Notes under the pieces: model-generated | Told to the model about the DNA's origin: nothing | The model's input: the letters and a program-made list of their open reading frames with translations, nothing else | Databases searched by the model: none | Translations under genes and position numbers: made by a program | Source of the DNA: Candidatus Benthortus lauensis | GTDB lineage: Archaea; Thermoproteota; Nitrososphaeria_A; Caldarchaeales; Wolframiiraptoraceae | NCBI GenBank assembly: GCA_021650775.1 | Contig: JAHSRM010000060.1 | Location: forward strand, 1-63,947 | Length of the DNA stretch: 63,947 nt | Direction: 5' to 3' | Shown: positions 19,368 to 29,773 of the stretch, piece by piece | How the letters are laid out: every line of letters begins with the position of its first letter | Numbering within the stretch: the first letter of the stretch is position 1

Positions 19368-20735
19368 ATGCCTAGAATTATCAGGAATCTCGGGGAGCTG
19401 GTGGAGAGGCGTGGGAGCCCTCTCTCGGAGATGAGGCGTGATGCCTTGGAGGCCGTCGAGGCGGGTCTTCGTGCCGTCATGCCCGAGAATGCGTTGGCCA
19501 GGCGGGTGAAGAGGAGGGGGAGGAGGCTAATCGTGGACGGGCTCAGGATAGACTTGGAAGCATACGGGAGGATACTCCTCCTAGGGGTTGGGAAGGCCTC
19601 TATAGGGATGGCGTCATACATGGAGCGTGTTCTGGGAGACCGGGTCTCAGGAGGCCTCATAGTCGCACCCCGTGGAGGTCATGAGGGGCATGGGTTAAGG
19701 AGTGTGGAGGTCCTCCAATCTACCCACCCGATTCCCAGCATGCTGGGTGTCAGGGCCGCTGAGAGGATGCTCGAGTATGCCGAGACGGTTGATGAGGGAA
19801 CCCTCGTGGTCTTCCTATTATCGGGTGGAGCCTCGGCCATGCTCCCCCTCCCAGCCGAGCCATTAACCCTCGAAGACAAGGCCGAGACCACGAGGCTCCT
19901 GCTCGCAAGCGGGGCAACGATAGACGAGTTGAACACGGTGAGGAAGCATCTCTCGAGGGTTAAGGGTGGGTGGCTTGGGAAGCGTCTCTCAAGGGGCAGG
20001 GTAATCTCCCTCATAATCTCCGACGTTGTGGGAGACAAGCTCGAGACAATAGGCTCGGGGCCGACTGCACCCGACCCAACAACCTTCAAGGACGCCATGA
20101 ACATACTGAAGAGATACGGCCTATGGGACAAGGTGCCTCAGAGCGTTAGGAAGAGGATAGAGGATGGAGTTGCCGGAAAGGTTGAGGAGACACCCAAGCC
20201 CGGCGACCCAGCCTTCAAGAAGATAACAAACCTGATAGTGTCTGGGGTGATTGACGCATGCCAGGCCGCCCGGAGACATCTGAGGAGGCTTGGGTATAGG
20301 TCTGAGATACTGACGAGATACATGGAGGGCGAGGCCTCGGAGGTTGGGAGGCTCGTTGCAGGGATACTCAAGGAGGTTGAGGGAAAAGGCAGGGCCATAA
20401 TCATGGGAGGAGAGACAACCGTGACGGTCAGGGGACGGGGCAAGGGTGGAAGAAACCAGGAGCTTGCTCTCTCAGCCGCCATAAGCCTCCGGGGAGTCAA
20501 GGGATGCCTCGTAAGCGTGGGAACAGATGGAGTCGATGGCCCGACTGATGCGGCTGGAGCGATAGTGGATGGCGAGACCTACGATGAAGCGGTCTCAAGG
20601 GGGCTGAACCCCGTGGAGTTCCTCAGGGACAACGACTCATACGGGTTCTTCACAAGGATTGGTGATGCGGTTATGACGGGTCAGACGGGGACGAATGTAG
20701 GCGACATGCTCATACTTCTCTCCAAGAAGGGTTAA
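19368..20735 (+). CDS. glycerate 2-kinase (MOFRL family)
   Basis: LLSGGASAMLPLP, KHLSRVKGG, IISDVVGD and C-terminal GTDGVDGPTDAAGAIV / TGTNVGD motifs. Confidence 0.85.
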   Translation: MPRIIRNLGELVERRGSPLSEMRRDALEAVEAGLRAVMPENALARRVKRRGRRLIVDGLRIDLEAYGRILLLGVGKASIGMASYMERVLGDRVSGGLIVAPRGGHEGHGLRSVEVLQSTHPIPSMLGVRAAERMLEYAETVDEGTLVVFLLSGGASAMLPLPAEPLTLEDKAETTRLLLASGATIDELNTVRKHLSRVKGGWLGKRLSRGRVISLIISDVVGDKLETIGSGPTAPDPTTFKDAMNILKRYGLWDKVPQSVRKRIEDGVAGKVEETPKPGDPAFKKITNLIVSGVIDACQAARRHLRRLGYRSEILTRYMEGEASEVGRLVAGILKEVEGKGRAIIMGGETTVTVRGRGKGGRNQELALSAAISLRGVKGCLVSVGTDGVDGPTDAAGAIVDGETYDEAVSRGLNPVEFLRDNDSYGFFTRIGDAVMTGQTGTNVGDMLILLSKKG

Positions 20736-20788
20736 GCCTGGCCAAAGAGTGCGGAAACCCTTAAAGGCCGAGTCTACGAGGTATTCCC

Positions 20789-21289
20789 GTGTATCGGTTA
20801 AGGTTGGCGGCCTTGGCCTCGACCTACCTCGCCTCCCTGGCAATCCTGACTGCACCACACATACTCTTCGGCCCAGCAGAATGGATACTATCCACCACGG
20901 CATACGTGGTAGCGGTCTCCCTAATCTCCACAGCATTTACGGGGGAGGCGTGGGAGGGATTCACTTTGAGCCTCGTGGCAGGCGTGGCGGCCGCAGCCTC
21001 CTCCCTCATACTCACACTCACCCTCAAGCTCCCTCCGCTCCCAACCCCCCAGCTCCTAATCTCCGTGGGAGGCGCTCCACTACTCACACTCATCCTCCGC
21101 AGCACCCTTAAGGTCGAGGCACCCGTCCAGGAGGAGGTCTCGGAGAGTAGGGAGGCCGAGGTGGAGGAGAAGCCTGCTGAGGAGGCTGAGAAGCTCATCA
21201 CCTGCCCATCCTGCGGGAGACCCATACCACATGACTCCATCTACTGCCCCCTCTGCGGCTCGAGGGTGAAGTCCGGGCATGAGGGTTAG
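20789..21289 (+). CDS. membrane protein with C-terminal zinc ribbon
   Basis: Four hydrophobic helices, an acidic linker, then CPSCG...CPLCG. Confidence 0.45.
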   Translation: MYRLRLAALASTYLASLAILTAPHILFGPAEWILSTTAYVVAVSLISTAFTGEAWEGFTLSLVAGVAAAASSLILTLTLKLPPLPTPQLLISVGGAPLLTLILRSTLKVEAPVQEEVSESREAEVEEKPAEEAEKLITCPSCGRPIPHDSIYCPLCGSRVKSGHEG

Positions 21290-22145
21290 GCCGATAGCCT
21301 TCGACAGCATGGGGACACGGAGCATGTGCACGGTCGTGGAGACGGGGGAGGCAAAGATAATCATAGACCCTGGGGCAGCCCTCGGGCCGAGGAGGTATGG
21401 CCTCAAGCCCCATAGAATAGAGTTAGAGAGACTTAGGATGCATAAGGAGTTGATTAGGGAGGAGGCGGGGGACGCCGACATACTCGTCATAACGCATTAC
21501 CATTATGACCACTTCCCAAGACCCGATGAGGATGTCTCGTGGATGCGTGGAAAACATGTTTACTTGAAGGACCCGGGAAGCAGGATTAATCGGAGCCAGA
21601 GGGGTAGGTCGAGCATCTTCTTGGAGCAGCTTAAGAGGGTTGGCGTGAAGCCCGAGAGAGCGGATGGAAGGGAGGTCAGGATGAATAGCTGCAGGATAGT
21701 ATTCTCCGAGCCTGTCCAGCATGGGAACGACCCGAGGCTCGGATACGTCCTCGAGGTCTTGGTGGAGGAGGATGGGGAGAAGATTATACACACCTCGGAT
21801 GTCGAGGGGCTGGTGGCGTGGCCTCAAGTGGAGTTCATCCTGAAGCATAGGCCCCAGACCTTGATAGTAGACGGCCCCATGACCTACATGCTTGGGACAA
21901 AGTTCCCGGAAGAGGACCTGGAGACCTCGATTAGGAATCTATGCAAGGTCATGGAGGCGGGTCTGGAGAAGCTGGTGCTGGACCACCACCTCCTAAGGGA
22001 GCTTGAATGGAGGGACAGGGTCTCGGAGCTATTCAAGGAGGCTGAGGAGCTCGGGGTCGAGGTCATGAGTGCTGCCGAGTATGCGGGGCTGAGGGAGGAG
22101 CCCCTCGAGGCCATGAGGAAGAAACTATACGAGATGTATCCCTAG
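21279..22145 (+). CDS. metallo-beta-lactamase-fold protein (archaeal UPF0282-like)
   Basis: ILVITHYHYDH metal-binding motif. 288 aa. Confidence 0.7.
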   Translation: MRVRPIAFDSMGTRSMCTVVETGEAKIIIDPGAALGPRRYGLKPHRIELERLRMHKELIREEAGDADILVITHYHYDHFPRPDEDVSWMRGKHVYLKDPGSRINRSQRGRSSIFLEQLKRVGVKPERADGREVRMNSCRIVFSEPVQHGNDPRLGYVLEVLVEEDGEKIIHTSDVEGLVAWPQVEFILKHRPQTLIVDGPMTYMLGTKFPEEDLETSIRNLCKVMEAGLEKLVLDHHLLRELEWRDRVSELFKEAEELGVEVMSAAEYAGLREEPLEAMRKKLYEMYP

Positions 22146-22393
22146 GTCTTCTCTTCCTCGAGCTTCTCAAGCTCTGGGAGTGGCTCGGGAGGCGGGGTGG
22201 TGGCCAGGGTGTATCCAATCCATGCGAGAATCCCGAGGACGACGGCCACGCCTATGAACAAGGTTATCGACATAACTAGGAACGCCCACTGATTCAGAGG
22301 CGGGACGAACATCAGGAGGAAGTAGACGATTATTCCCACGATGCTTGCCGCAAAGACTATCCAGCCCAAGACCTGCTCCTTAGTCATACCCAT
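22142..22393 (-). CDS. small membrane protein
   Basis: 83 aa with two hydrophobic helices. Confidence 0.4.
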   Translation of the reverse strand: MGMTKEQVLGWIVFAASIVGIIVYFLLMFVPPLNQWAFLVMSITLFIGVAVVLGILAWIGYTLATTPPPEPLPELEKLEEEKT

Positions 22394-22437
22394 CCCTCAG
22401 CCCATAGACCAAAATCCAACTTAAATATTGTGCAGCC

Positions 22438-22725
22438 TCAACCCCGCCTCTTCAAGAGATACTCCGCCCTCGCCTCCCACTCCTCAAGGGTCTTGTCAAT
22501 CCAGCGGACTGCGAAGAGGTAATGCATTAGGACGCCCAGCCCCCATCCAGCCAAGGGAAATATGAACCAAACCTGCCCCGGATAATACATCAGGTTGATT
22601 ACGGCCAACAGTATATTGACGATGATGTAGGCCGCCAGATTCACCACGAAGCCCCTCTTATACTCCTCCTTGACTACCGTCCTATAAGCCCTCATGTAAT
22701 CTCGGAGGGATGCGTCCTCCGCCAT
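22438..22725 (-). CDS. 2TM-domain protein
   Basis: A basic amphipathic N-terminus followed by two TM helices (VNILLAVINL.., WFIFPLAGWGLGVLMHY). Confidence 0.5.
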   Translation of the reverse strand: MAEDASLRDYMRAYRTVVKEEYKRGFVVNLAAYIIVNILLAVINLMYYPGQVWFIFPLAGWGLGVLMHYLFAVRWIDKTLEEWEARAEYLLKRRG

Positions 22726-22818
22726 ACAGGTTAAAGAGAAATAAGGCGGGGTTTATTTTTTATGGCCTTGGGCTTACACTTAAGTTATCGTCTTGTGTAG
22801 GGGTGCTGGAGGAGGCTG

Positions 22819-25662
22819 ATGGAAGAGGAGTTTGTGCTGGGGCTTCTGGCCAAGCCTGTGGCTGAGGCGTTTAGGGAGAGGTTCGGGAGGCTTAGCGAGC
22901 CTCAGCTCCACGCCATACCACGGGTCCTCTCGGGTAAGAACCTCCTCCTCATGGCTCCCACAGGAACGGGGAAGACCGAGGCAGCCCTCCTACCCATACT
23001 CAGCAGGATGCTGGTGGAGGAGCATGGCCAGGGGATAAAGTTGCTATACATCACGCCCCTGAGGGCCCTTAACCGAGACCTCCTCGACAGGATTGACTGG
23101 TGGGCTCAGCGCCTCGACTTCAGGGTTGCTGTAAGGCATGGGGACACGGCGCAGAGGGAGAGGAGGATACAGAGCCTCAGCCCACCCGACATACTCATAA
23201 CAACCCCCGAGACCCTCCAGATAATCCTGACAGGCAAGACCCTCCGCAGCCACCTCAAGTCCGTTAGATGGGTGGTGGTGGACGAGGTCCACGAGCTTGC
23301 GACCGATAAGAGGGGTGAGCAGCTCGCAGTCGCACTCGAGAGGCTTCTCCTCATAACTGGGAGGGAGTTCCAGAGGATTGGGCTCTCGGCGACGATAGGT
23401 AGCCCTGGGAGGATAGCAGAGTTCCTTGTGGGTGTGGGTAGGGACTGCGAGATAGTCAGGGTCCCTGTAGCGAAGAACATGGAGCTTGACGTAATCTACC
23501 CTGAGCCTGGGCCTGAGGACAGGGAGCTGGCTGAGAGGATAGGCGTTCACCCGGAGGTTGCGGCGAGGCTTAGGGCCATCAGGAGGCTGGTGGACCAGCA
23601 TGAATCCACCCTAATCTTCACCAACACAAGGCCCCTCGCCGAGATACTGACCAACAGGTTCCGGGTCTGGGACCAGCAGCTCCAGGTAGCAATACACCAC
23701 GGCTCCCTCTCCAAGACCACCCGCATAGAGGCCGAGCATGGGCTGAAGGCCGGGAAGCTCGCAGGAATAATCTGCACATCCTCCCTGGAGCTCGGGATAG
23801 ACGTAGGCCGGATAGAGCTCTGCATACAATACAACTCTCCGAGGGAGGTTACACGGCTCATACAGAGGGTTGGGAGAAGCGGCCACAGGCTCGGAAGGAC
23901 GGCGAAAGGGGTGATAATAGTCATAGACTCTGACGATGCCTTGGAGTCGATAGTCATCTCGAGGAGGGCGAGGGGTGAGCAGCTCGAGGAACCCGAGATA
24001 CCTGAGGGGAGCCTGGACGTGCTGATGCATCAGGTTGCAGGCCTCTTAATCGAGTATGGGAGGATGAGGCTGGAGGAGATTCTCTCGATAGTTAGGAGGG
24101 CTTCATGCTTCAGGGGGCTTGAGCTGGATGAGTTGAGGAGGGTTGTGGAGCATATGGCGGAGATAGGTGTAGCCGACCTCAGGGGAGACGTGGTCTCCAA
24201 GCCGAGGAACACCCGTGAGCTCTATGGATACTACTTCAACAACCTATCCATGATTCCCGAGGAGAGGCAGTATCTCGTGGTGGATGAGGTGAAGGGCGAG
24301 CCTGTCGGGATTCTCGACGAGGAGTTCGTGGCCGAGTATGGCGAGCCTGGGACCAGGTTCATCCTCATGGGCCGTGCATGGGAGATACACTACACCCAGG
24401 GAGACAGGATATACGTGGCCCCCTTAACCGACTATGAGGGAGCAATCCCCAGCTGGGTCGGAGACGAGATACCCGTCCCATACGAGGTCGCCCAGGAGGT
24501 CGGGGCCCTCAGGAGGGAGTATGTGGAGAGGAGGCGGAGGGGCGAGCCGCCCGAGGAGATAGCAGGAGACATAGCTGGGAGATACAGGGTGGGATACGAC
24601 GTGGTGTGGAAGGCCTTCAGGGAGGTCGAGCAACACCTCAGGAAAGGGATACCCGTCCCAACCGATAGGGACGTGGTCCTCGAGTCGGCTGGAAGCTACG
24701 TCATCCTACACATACACGGTGGGCTCAAGGCGAATCGAACCATCCAGAAGGTCATAGCATACCATCTCTCAGAGAAGATAGGCGCGCCAATCCAGGGCCA
24801 GCAGGACCCCTACAGGGTGGTGTTCAGGTCCAAGCACATCTCAGGCGACATGGTCCTCCAAGCGGTTAGGGAGGTTCTCGAAGACTTTGAGGAGAGGGTT
24901 AGGTCGGCTGTCGAGGCCTCCACCCTCTTCAAGAGGAGGCTGGTCCACGCTGCCAGGAAGATGGGTGTTATCAAGGAGGATGCGAGCATATCCGAGATTA
25001 ACCTCAACCAGCTTGCCGAGACCCTCAAGGGGACGCCTGTCCACGACGAGGCCCTCAACTACAGCCTCTTCCACGACTTCGACCCAGAGACCTCCAGGAA
25101 GATTCTCCAAGACCTCGTGGACGGCAGGCTAAGGCTCCACAGATGGGTCTCATCAACAGGGGACCCCTCACCCCTCTCCCTCCTAACCCTGAACAGGTTC
25201 GAGACCGAGGGCGAGGTGGTCTCAGGAGAGGGCATGAGGAGGATAGTCTTGATGTCGGTTAGGGGGAGACTTCTAAGCGAGTCATGGTTCATGGTCTGCG
25301 TGGACTGCTTCGAACACTACGGCACGATAACGGTGAAGGACATGGCCGAGAGACCCGTCTGCCCGGTCTGCGGCTCAAACAAGATAGGGTTGACCAAGCA
25401 TCCCATGGAGGAGGTCTTGGGGCTTGTAGCGAGGAAGGGGAGGCCTGTGAACAGGAAGGAGAGGAGGATAGTGGCGGAGCTGAAGAGGAACGCAATCCTA
25501 GTCTCCAAGTATGGTAGAGCTGCGGCCATAGCCCTCTCGGCCCGTGGCCTGAAGCTCAAGGAGACCGTGGAGGTTCTGGAGAAGAGCGGCGGCGAGGGTA
25601 TGAGGCTGATAGAGTTAATAGTTGAGGCGGAGAAGAAGGCGCTCCAGAGAAGGTTCGCCTAA
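22819..25662 (+). CDS. lhr: Lhr-type ATP-dependent SF2 helicase
   Basis: MAPTGTGKTEAA (motif I), VVVDEVHE (motif II), SAT, and QRVGRSGH (motif VI). A long Lhr-like C-terminal extension ends in a CVDC...CPVCG ribbon. Confidence 0.9.
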   Translation: MEEEFVLGLLAKPVAEAFRERFGRLSEPQLHAIPRVLSGKNLLLMAPTGTGKTEAALLPILSRMLVEEHGQGIKLLYITPLRALNRDLLDRIDWWAQRLDFRVAVRHGDTAQRERRIQSLSPPDILITTPETLQIILTGKTLRSHLKSVRWVVVDEVHELATDKRGEQLAVALERLLLITGREFQRIGLSATIGSPGRIAEFLVGVGRDCEIVRVPVAKNMELDVIYPEPGPEDRELAERIGVHPEVAARLRAIRRLVDQHESTLIFTNTRPLAEILTNRFRVWDQQLQVAIHHGSLSKTTRIEAEHGLKAGKLAGIICTSSLELGIDVGRIELCIQYNSPREVTRLIQRVGRSGHRLGRTAKGVIIVIDSDDALESIVISRRARGEQLEEPEIPEGSLDVLMHQVAGLLIEYGRMRLEEILSIVRRASCFRGLELDELRRVVEHMAEIGVADLRGDVVSKPRNTRELYGYYFNNLSMIPEERQYLVVDEVKGEPVGILDEEFVAEYGEPGTRFILMGRAWEIHYTQGDRIYVAPLTDYEGAIPSWVGDEIPVPYEVAQEVGALRREYVERRRRGEPPEEIAGDIAGRYRVGYDVVWKAFREVEQHLRKGIPVPTDRDVVLESAGSYVILHIHGGLKANRTIQKVIAYHLSEKIGAPIQGQQDPYRVVFRSKHISGDMVLQAVREVLEDFEERVRSAVEASTLFKRRLVHAARKMGVIKEDASISEINLNQLAETLKGTPVHDEALNYSLFHDFDPETSRKILQDLVDGRLRLHRWVSSTGDPSPLSLLTLNRFETEGEVVSGEGMRRIVLMSVRGRLLSESWFMVCVDCFEHYGTITVKDMAERPVCPVCGSNKIGLTKHPMEEVLGLVARKGRPVNRKERRIVAELKRNAILVSKYGRAAAIALSARGLKLKETVEVLEKSGGEGMRLIELIVEAEKKALQRRFA

Positions 25663-25673
25663 GAGGGAGAAAC

Positions 25674-26876
25674 ATGATTGAGGTGAGGGTTAGGAGGCTC
25701 TCTATAACCGTCTCCATTCTCGCCACACTCCTCGCCTTCATAGGAGTCATATTAGGAGCCCTCTGGCTCGCATCACACTGGGGCCTCGCACCCTACATGG
25801 AGATATATCCAGTCCACCCAGACCTGATGATAAACGGGTTCCTGACCTTGTTTATCATGAGTGTGGCTTTCCTGCTAATCCCGAGGTTCAGGAACAGGAG
25901 GCTCGAGAGGATTGGGGAGTCGTATCTTGCCGCAGCCCTAATATTCTCCGGAAACCTGATGCTGCTTGCCTGGAGCATTACGGAGGTTCCCCTAATCCTC
26001 CCAGCCTTCATCCTAATACTCCTCGGCTCACTAATCTTCTCGGCCATGGTTGTCTCGATTCTCAGGTGGCCGAGCGGGGTTCTCGCCGTGGCCGACCCCT
26101 ACCTGCTCCTGAGCGTCGTCTTTCTCCCGTTATCGCTCCTCGTTAGGGTTGCCTCGGGAACCGGGTATGGGAACCCAGCCTACCTCGTCCTCAGCCTCCT
26201 CGGGTTCCCCACCCTCATGATATTCGGCGTGATGACCAGGACCGTTCACTTCAGGGTGGTGGTGCTTAGGAAGAGCCTCGTTAAGGCTGCGTTCCCCCTA
26301 ATCCTCGCATCCCTGGCCATCTCCACGGCAACCTCACTTAACTGGGACCCCAACCTCTTCACCCTCTCCTCAGCGTTGTATCTGGCCGGGGGAGTGTTCT
26401 TCGTTTTCGGCGTTGATGGGCTGAAGGTTGTTAGGTCTGGTGAGCAGTATAGCCGTATGAGGGAGAGGGATAGGGTGAGATACGACTACTTCTCCATCTG
26501 CTTTGCGGGTGCGGTGACCTGGCTCCTGGCAGGCCTGGTCCTCGGGCTCCTATACTCACTCACACTTTACTCTGGAAGCCCCGTGTTCAGCCTGAGGGAC
26601 GGCTTCATACACTCAGTAACGGTCGGGTTCATGGCCACCACGATAATGGCCTATGGGCCGATAATGCTCCCACCCCTCCTCTCCTCCCACACACCCTACA
26701 AGGGGTTGACGCTTATCCCCGTTATGCTTGTGTGGGCTGGGAACCTGTGGAGGGTGGCGGGCTTCCTCTTCAGGGACTTCCTCGGGTTATCCCTGGAGCT
26801 TAACGGCCTCTCAGGAATCCTCATCGTGGTCGGCCTCCTCTACTTCCTCTTCATGACCCATAGGCTTAGGGACTAG
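25674..26876 (+). CDS. polytopic membrane protein of unknown function
   Basis: About 12 hydrophobic helices across 400 aa. No diagnostic motif recognised. Confidence 0.5.
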   Translation: MIEVRVRRLSITVSILATLLAFIGVILGALWLASHWGLAPYMEIYPVHPDLMINGFLTLFIMSVAFLLIPRFRNRRLERIGESYLAAALIFSGNLMLLAWSITEVPLILPAFILILLGSLIFSAMVVSILRWPSGVLAVADPYLLLSVVFLPLSLLVRVASGTGYGNPAYLVLSLLGFPTLMIFGVMTRTVHFRVVVLRKSLVKAAFPLILASLAISTATSLNWDPNLFTLSSALYLAGGVFFVFGVDGLKVVRSGEQYSRMRERDRVRYDYFSICFAGAVTWLLAGLVLGLLYSLTLYSGSPVFSLRDGFIHSVTVGFMATTIMAYGPIMLPPLLSSHTPYKGLTLIPVMLVWAGNLWRVAGFLFRDFLGLSLELNGLSGILIVVGLLYFLFMTHRLRD

Positions 26877-27357
26877 CCCTCTCCACGAGTTCCCCGAGTT
26901 TTCTGAGAACCTCCTCCACGTGTCCCTTGACCTTCACGCCCCTCCACGCATAGGCAACCCTCCCCTCGGGGTCGATTATGAACGTGCTCCTTATGACGCC
27001 TTCATAGTTTCTGCCGCCTATCCTCTTCAGCCCCCATGCACCGTAAGCCTTGATTACCTTCTTCTCCGGGTCGCTTAGCAGCTTGACCTTGAGGCCGTGC
27101 TTGGCCATGAACCTCCTATGGCTCTCCAGGCTGTCGGGGCTGACTCCTAGAACAACCGCTCCAAGCCGATTAAACTCGTCGAGCATGCATGTGAAGTCCA
27201 CGGCCTCCCTCGTGCACCCGCTCGTGTTATCCTTGGGGTAGAAGTAGAGGACCACCCACCTCCCCCTAAGGCTATCCAGGCAGACCTCGCCTCCATCGAC
27301 GCTGGGTAAGCAGAACTTGGGAGCAGGGTCGCCAACCTCGGGCGGCATATCCTTCAT
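26866..27357 (-). CDS. bcp: thiol peroxidase Bcp (peroxiredoxin)
   Basis: WVVLYFYPKDNTSGCTREA motif. Confidence 0.9.
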   Translation of the reverse strand: MKDMPPEVGDPAPKFCLPSVDGGEVCLDSLRGRWVVLYFYPKDNTSGCTREAVDFTCMLDEFNRLGAVVLGVSPDSLESHRRFMAKHGLKVKLLSDPEKKVIKAYGAWGLKRIGGRNYEGVIRSTFIIDPEGRVAYAWRGVKVKGHVEEVLRKLGELVERASP

Positions 27358-27387
27358 CCGCCTGGATTGGGGGTAAATAACCCTTCC

Positions 27388-28326
27388 CTAGCTTATCCTC
27401 TCCATGAAGAGTTGGAGGAATCTTGGGCCATCGACCCAATACGCCACGTTCACGTTGGGTTTCTTCTCGCCCATGAGGGCCCTCGGCCTCCTATCAACAA
27501 TCGTCTGACCCCTTGTCACCCCCTCGCCCAACACAACGGTCACATGATACCTGCGGGTCTTGAGTAGGGATTTATCGAGTGCGTAGGCGACGGCCATGGG
27601 GTCGTGGAGGGCTACGGAGCCGAACAAGTCGATATGCCTCCTAGATATCTTTGCTGCGAACCTGGCGGTCTCGGAGCCTTTCTCCGATAATCTTTCATGG
27701 AGTTCTTTCGTGATTACCGCCTTGGGGTCTGTTGTCACGTCTAGTCCAACCGCCGTAAGGGGTGCTCCTGAGTCGAAGACTATCTTGGCTGCCTCCGGGT
27801 CGCAGTATATGTTGAACTCGGAGACGGGTGTGCTGTTCCCGAAGCCGTAGGGGGTTAGGCCGTATGCTCCACCCATTATGACGAGTTCCTGGAGCCTCTC
27901 CGCAACCCTGGGCTCGAGTATTAGGGCTGCCGCTATGTTGGTTAGGGGGCCTGTCGCCACGATGGTTACCTCCCCTGGACCTGAGTCCATAACCGTCTCG
28001 ACTATGAAGTCCACGGCCCTGCCCTCCTCAGGCTTCCCCGCAGGCTCAGGTATCCCGACATCTCCCAGACCGTCGGAGCCGTGAACCCACTCCTCGGGCT
28101 CATAGCTCCTAAGTAGAGGCTTTCTCTGGCCAACATACACGGGGACATCCCTCCTCCCGAGAACCTCAAGCGTCTTCAAGGCGTTAACCGCACCCCTCTC
28201 AGCATAGGTGTTGCCCGCAACCGTCGTTATCCCCAATACCTCAAGCTCGGGAGAGCGGCATGCCAGCAATATAGCCAAGGCATCGTCAATCCCAGGGTCC
28301 ATATCCAAGATAACCTTCCTAGCCAT
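27388..28326 (-). CDS. nucleoside hydrolase (IUNH family)
   Basis: N-terminal ILDMDPGIDDALAILLA aspartate cluster. Confidence 0.9.
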   Translation of the reverse strand: MARKVILDMDPGIDDALAILLACRSPELEVLGITTVAGNTYAERGAVNALKTLEVLGRRDVPVYVGQRKPLLRSYEPEEWVHGSDGLGDVGIPEPAGKPEEGRAVDFIVETVMDSGPGEVTIVATGPLTNIAAALILEPRVAERLQELVIMGGAYGLTPYGFGNSTPVSEFNIYCDPEAAKIVFDSGAPLTAVGLDVTTDPKAVITKELHERLSEKGSETARFAAKISRRHIDLFGSVALHDPMAVAYALDKSLLKTRRYHVTVVLGEGVTRGQTIVDRRPRALMGEKKPNVNVAYWVDGPRFLQLFMERIS

Positions 28327-28408
28327 GCCGCCACAGTGTTTCGAGACTCAATAAGTGTTCCCTCTTTTTCTGAAAGGATTATTAGTGATAGGTTGGGTGT
28401 TGTCGGAG

Positions 28409-29773
28409 ATGCCGGGTCTCTTGGTTAGGGATGTGGATGTTGTTCTGACGATGGATGAGGCTAGCAGGGTTCTGAGGAATGCCTCCATACTGGTTGAGGA
28501 TGGCGTGATTACGTGGGTTGGGGAGGGGAGGCCTAAGGAGGCTGCCGACAGGGTTGTGGAGGGGCGGAGGATGGTTGCGCTCCCAGGCCTAATAGACACC
28601 CACACGCATCTCAGCCAGACTATTCAGAGGGGACTGGTTGATGATGTCCCGCTGATGAAGTGGATGCGGGTTATGGCCGAGCTGAGCGGGAGGGTCTCGG
28701 AGGAGCTATGCTACATGGGGATACTCCTCTGCCTACTCGAGAAGCTCAAGAACGGCATAACAACGACCCTGGCCATGGCAGGCGAATACGGGAGATTCGA
28801 CGAGGTGGAGCTGGCCGCAAAAGCCGTGGAGGCCACGGGGATAAGGGCGGTGCTCGCATGCGTCCTAATCGACTATCAGGAACTCCCCTCACCTGGGGTT
28901 CCAGCAGGCTCGAGGATTAGTAGCCCGGAGGAGGAGGTGAGGAAGGCCGAGGAATGGTATAGGAGGTTTGACGGAGGCTTGGGCGGAAGGCTAAGGGTCT
29001 TCCTAGGCCCCCAGGGGTTCCCCGCAAGCTCTCCAGAGCTACTAAGAGAGGCGGCTTACAAGGCGAGGGAGCTTGGGACGAGGGTTCACGCCCACGTTGC
29101 CGAGGCAGAGGTCTCCCAGATACTCTGTAGGAGGAGGTATGGGAAGAGCGAGGTAGAGATGTTGGAGGACGTTGGGTTCCTGGGTGAGGACAGCATCCTG
29201 GCCCACTGCGTCCAGATAAGCGGGGATGACGCAAAGATAATCGCAAAGTATGGCTCACCCGTGGCCCACTGCCCCTCAAGCAACCTGAAGCTCGGGAACG
29301 GCATACCCCCAATACACACGCTCCTCAAGGAGGGTGGAACGGTGACCCTCGGGGTCGATGGCGCCGCCAGCAACAACGCCCAAGACCTATTCTACGAGAT
29401 GAGGCTCGCCTCACTCCTCCAGAAAGGAGTATGCAGGAACCCCTCAATCCTGCCCGCAGAGAAGGTCTTGGAGATGGCCACGAGGGACGCAGCCCAAGCC
29501 CTCGGGATACGAGACATAGGCTCCCTCAAGCCCGGCCACAGAGCCGACATAATCCTAATCGATAGGAGGGCGCCCCACCTAATCCCGCATCAGAGGATAA
29601 CCTCACACCTGGTCTACAATGCGAGGGGCTCCGACGTGAGGACGGTTATAGTCGATGGGAGGTTGATAGTCCATGAAGGAAGGTTCCTACCTTTCGACGA
29701 GCAGGGGTTCTTGGAGAAGTTCGAGGAGATGATGACCCAGTATCTCGGGGAGACCCGGGTGCGCCATGGATGA
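28409..29773 (+). CDS. amidohydrolase, MTA/SAH deaminase-like (MtaD family)
   Basis: LPGLIDTHTHL metal motif, HVAE and HC.. segments, and GSLKPGHRADIILID. ATG at 28409; the track ORF opens at a GTG at 28355. Confidence 0.8.
   Translation: MPGLLVRDVDVVLTMDEASRVLRNASILVEDGVITWVGEGRPKEAADRVVEGRRMVALPGLIDTHTHLSQTIQRGLVDDVPLMKWMRVMAELSGRVSEELCYMGILLCLLEKLKNGITTTLAMAGEYGRFDEVELAAKAVEATGIRAVLACVLIDYQELPSPGVPAGSRISSPEEEVRKAEEWYRRFDGGLGGRLRVFLGPQGFPASSPELLREAAYKARELGTRVHAHVAEAEVSQILCRRRYGKSEVEMLEDVGFLGEDSILAHCVQISGDDAKIIAKYGSPVAHCPSSNLKLGNGIPPIHTLLKEGGTVTLGVDGAASNNAQDLFYEMRLASLLQKGVCRNPSILPAEKVLEMATRDAAQALGIRDIGSLKPGHRADIILIDRRAPHLIPHQRITSHLVYNARGSDVRTVIVDGRLIVHEGRFLPFDEQGFLEKFEEMMTQYLGETRVRHG

Noticed and set aside
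147-29376. Dozens of 60-190-aa ORFs antisense to or out of frame with long genes in the GC-rich left flank (for example 147-398, 636-881, 1348-1704, 3410-3988, 5882-6382, 8268-8690, 10899-11333, 23044-23601, 28917-29312).
   Set aside because: They lie wholly within longer ORFs that have clear family motifs. They have Arg/Pro/Ser/Gly-rich low-complexity translations, as expected for stop-poor alternative frames of GC-rich DNA.
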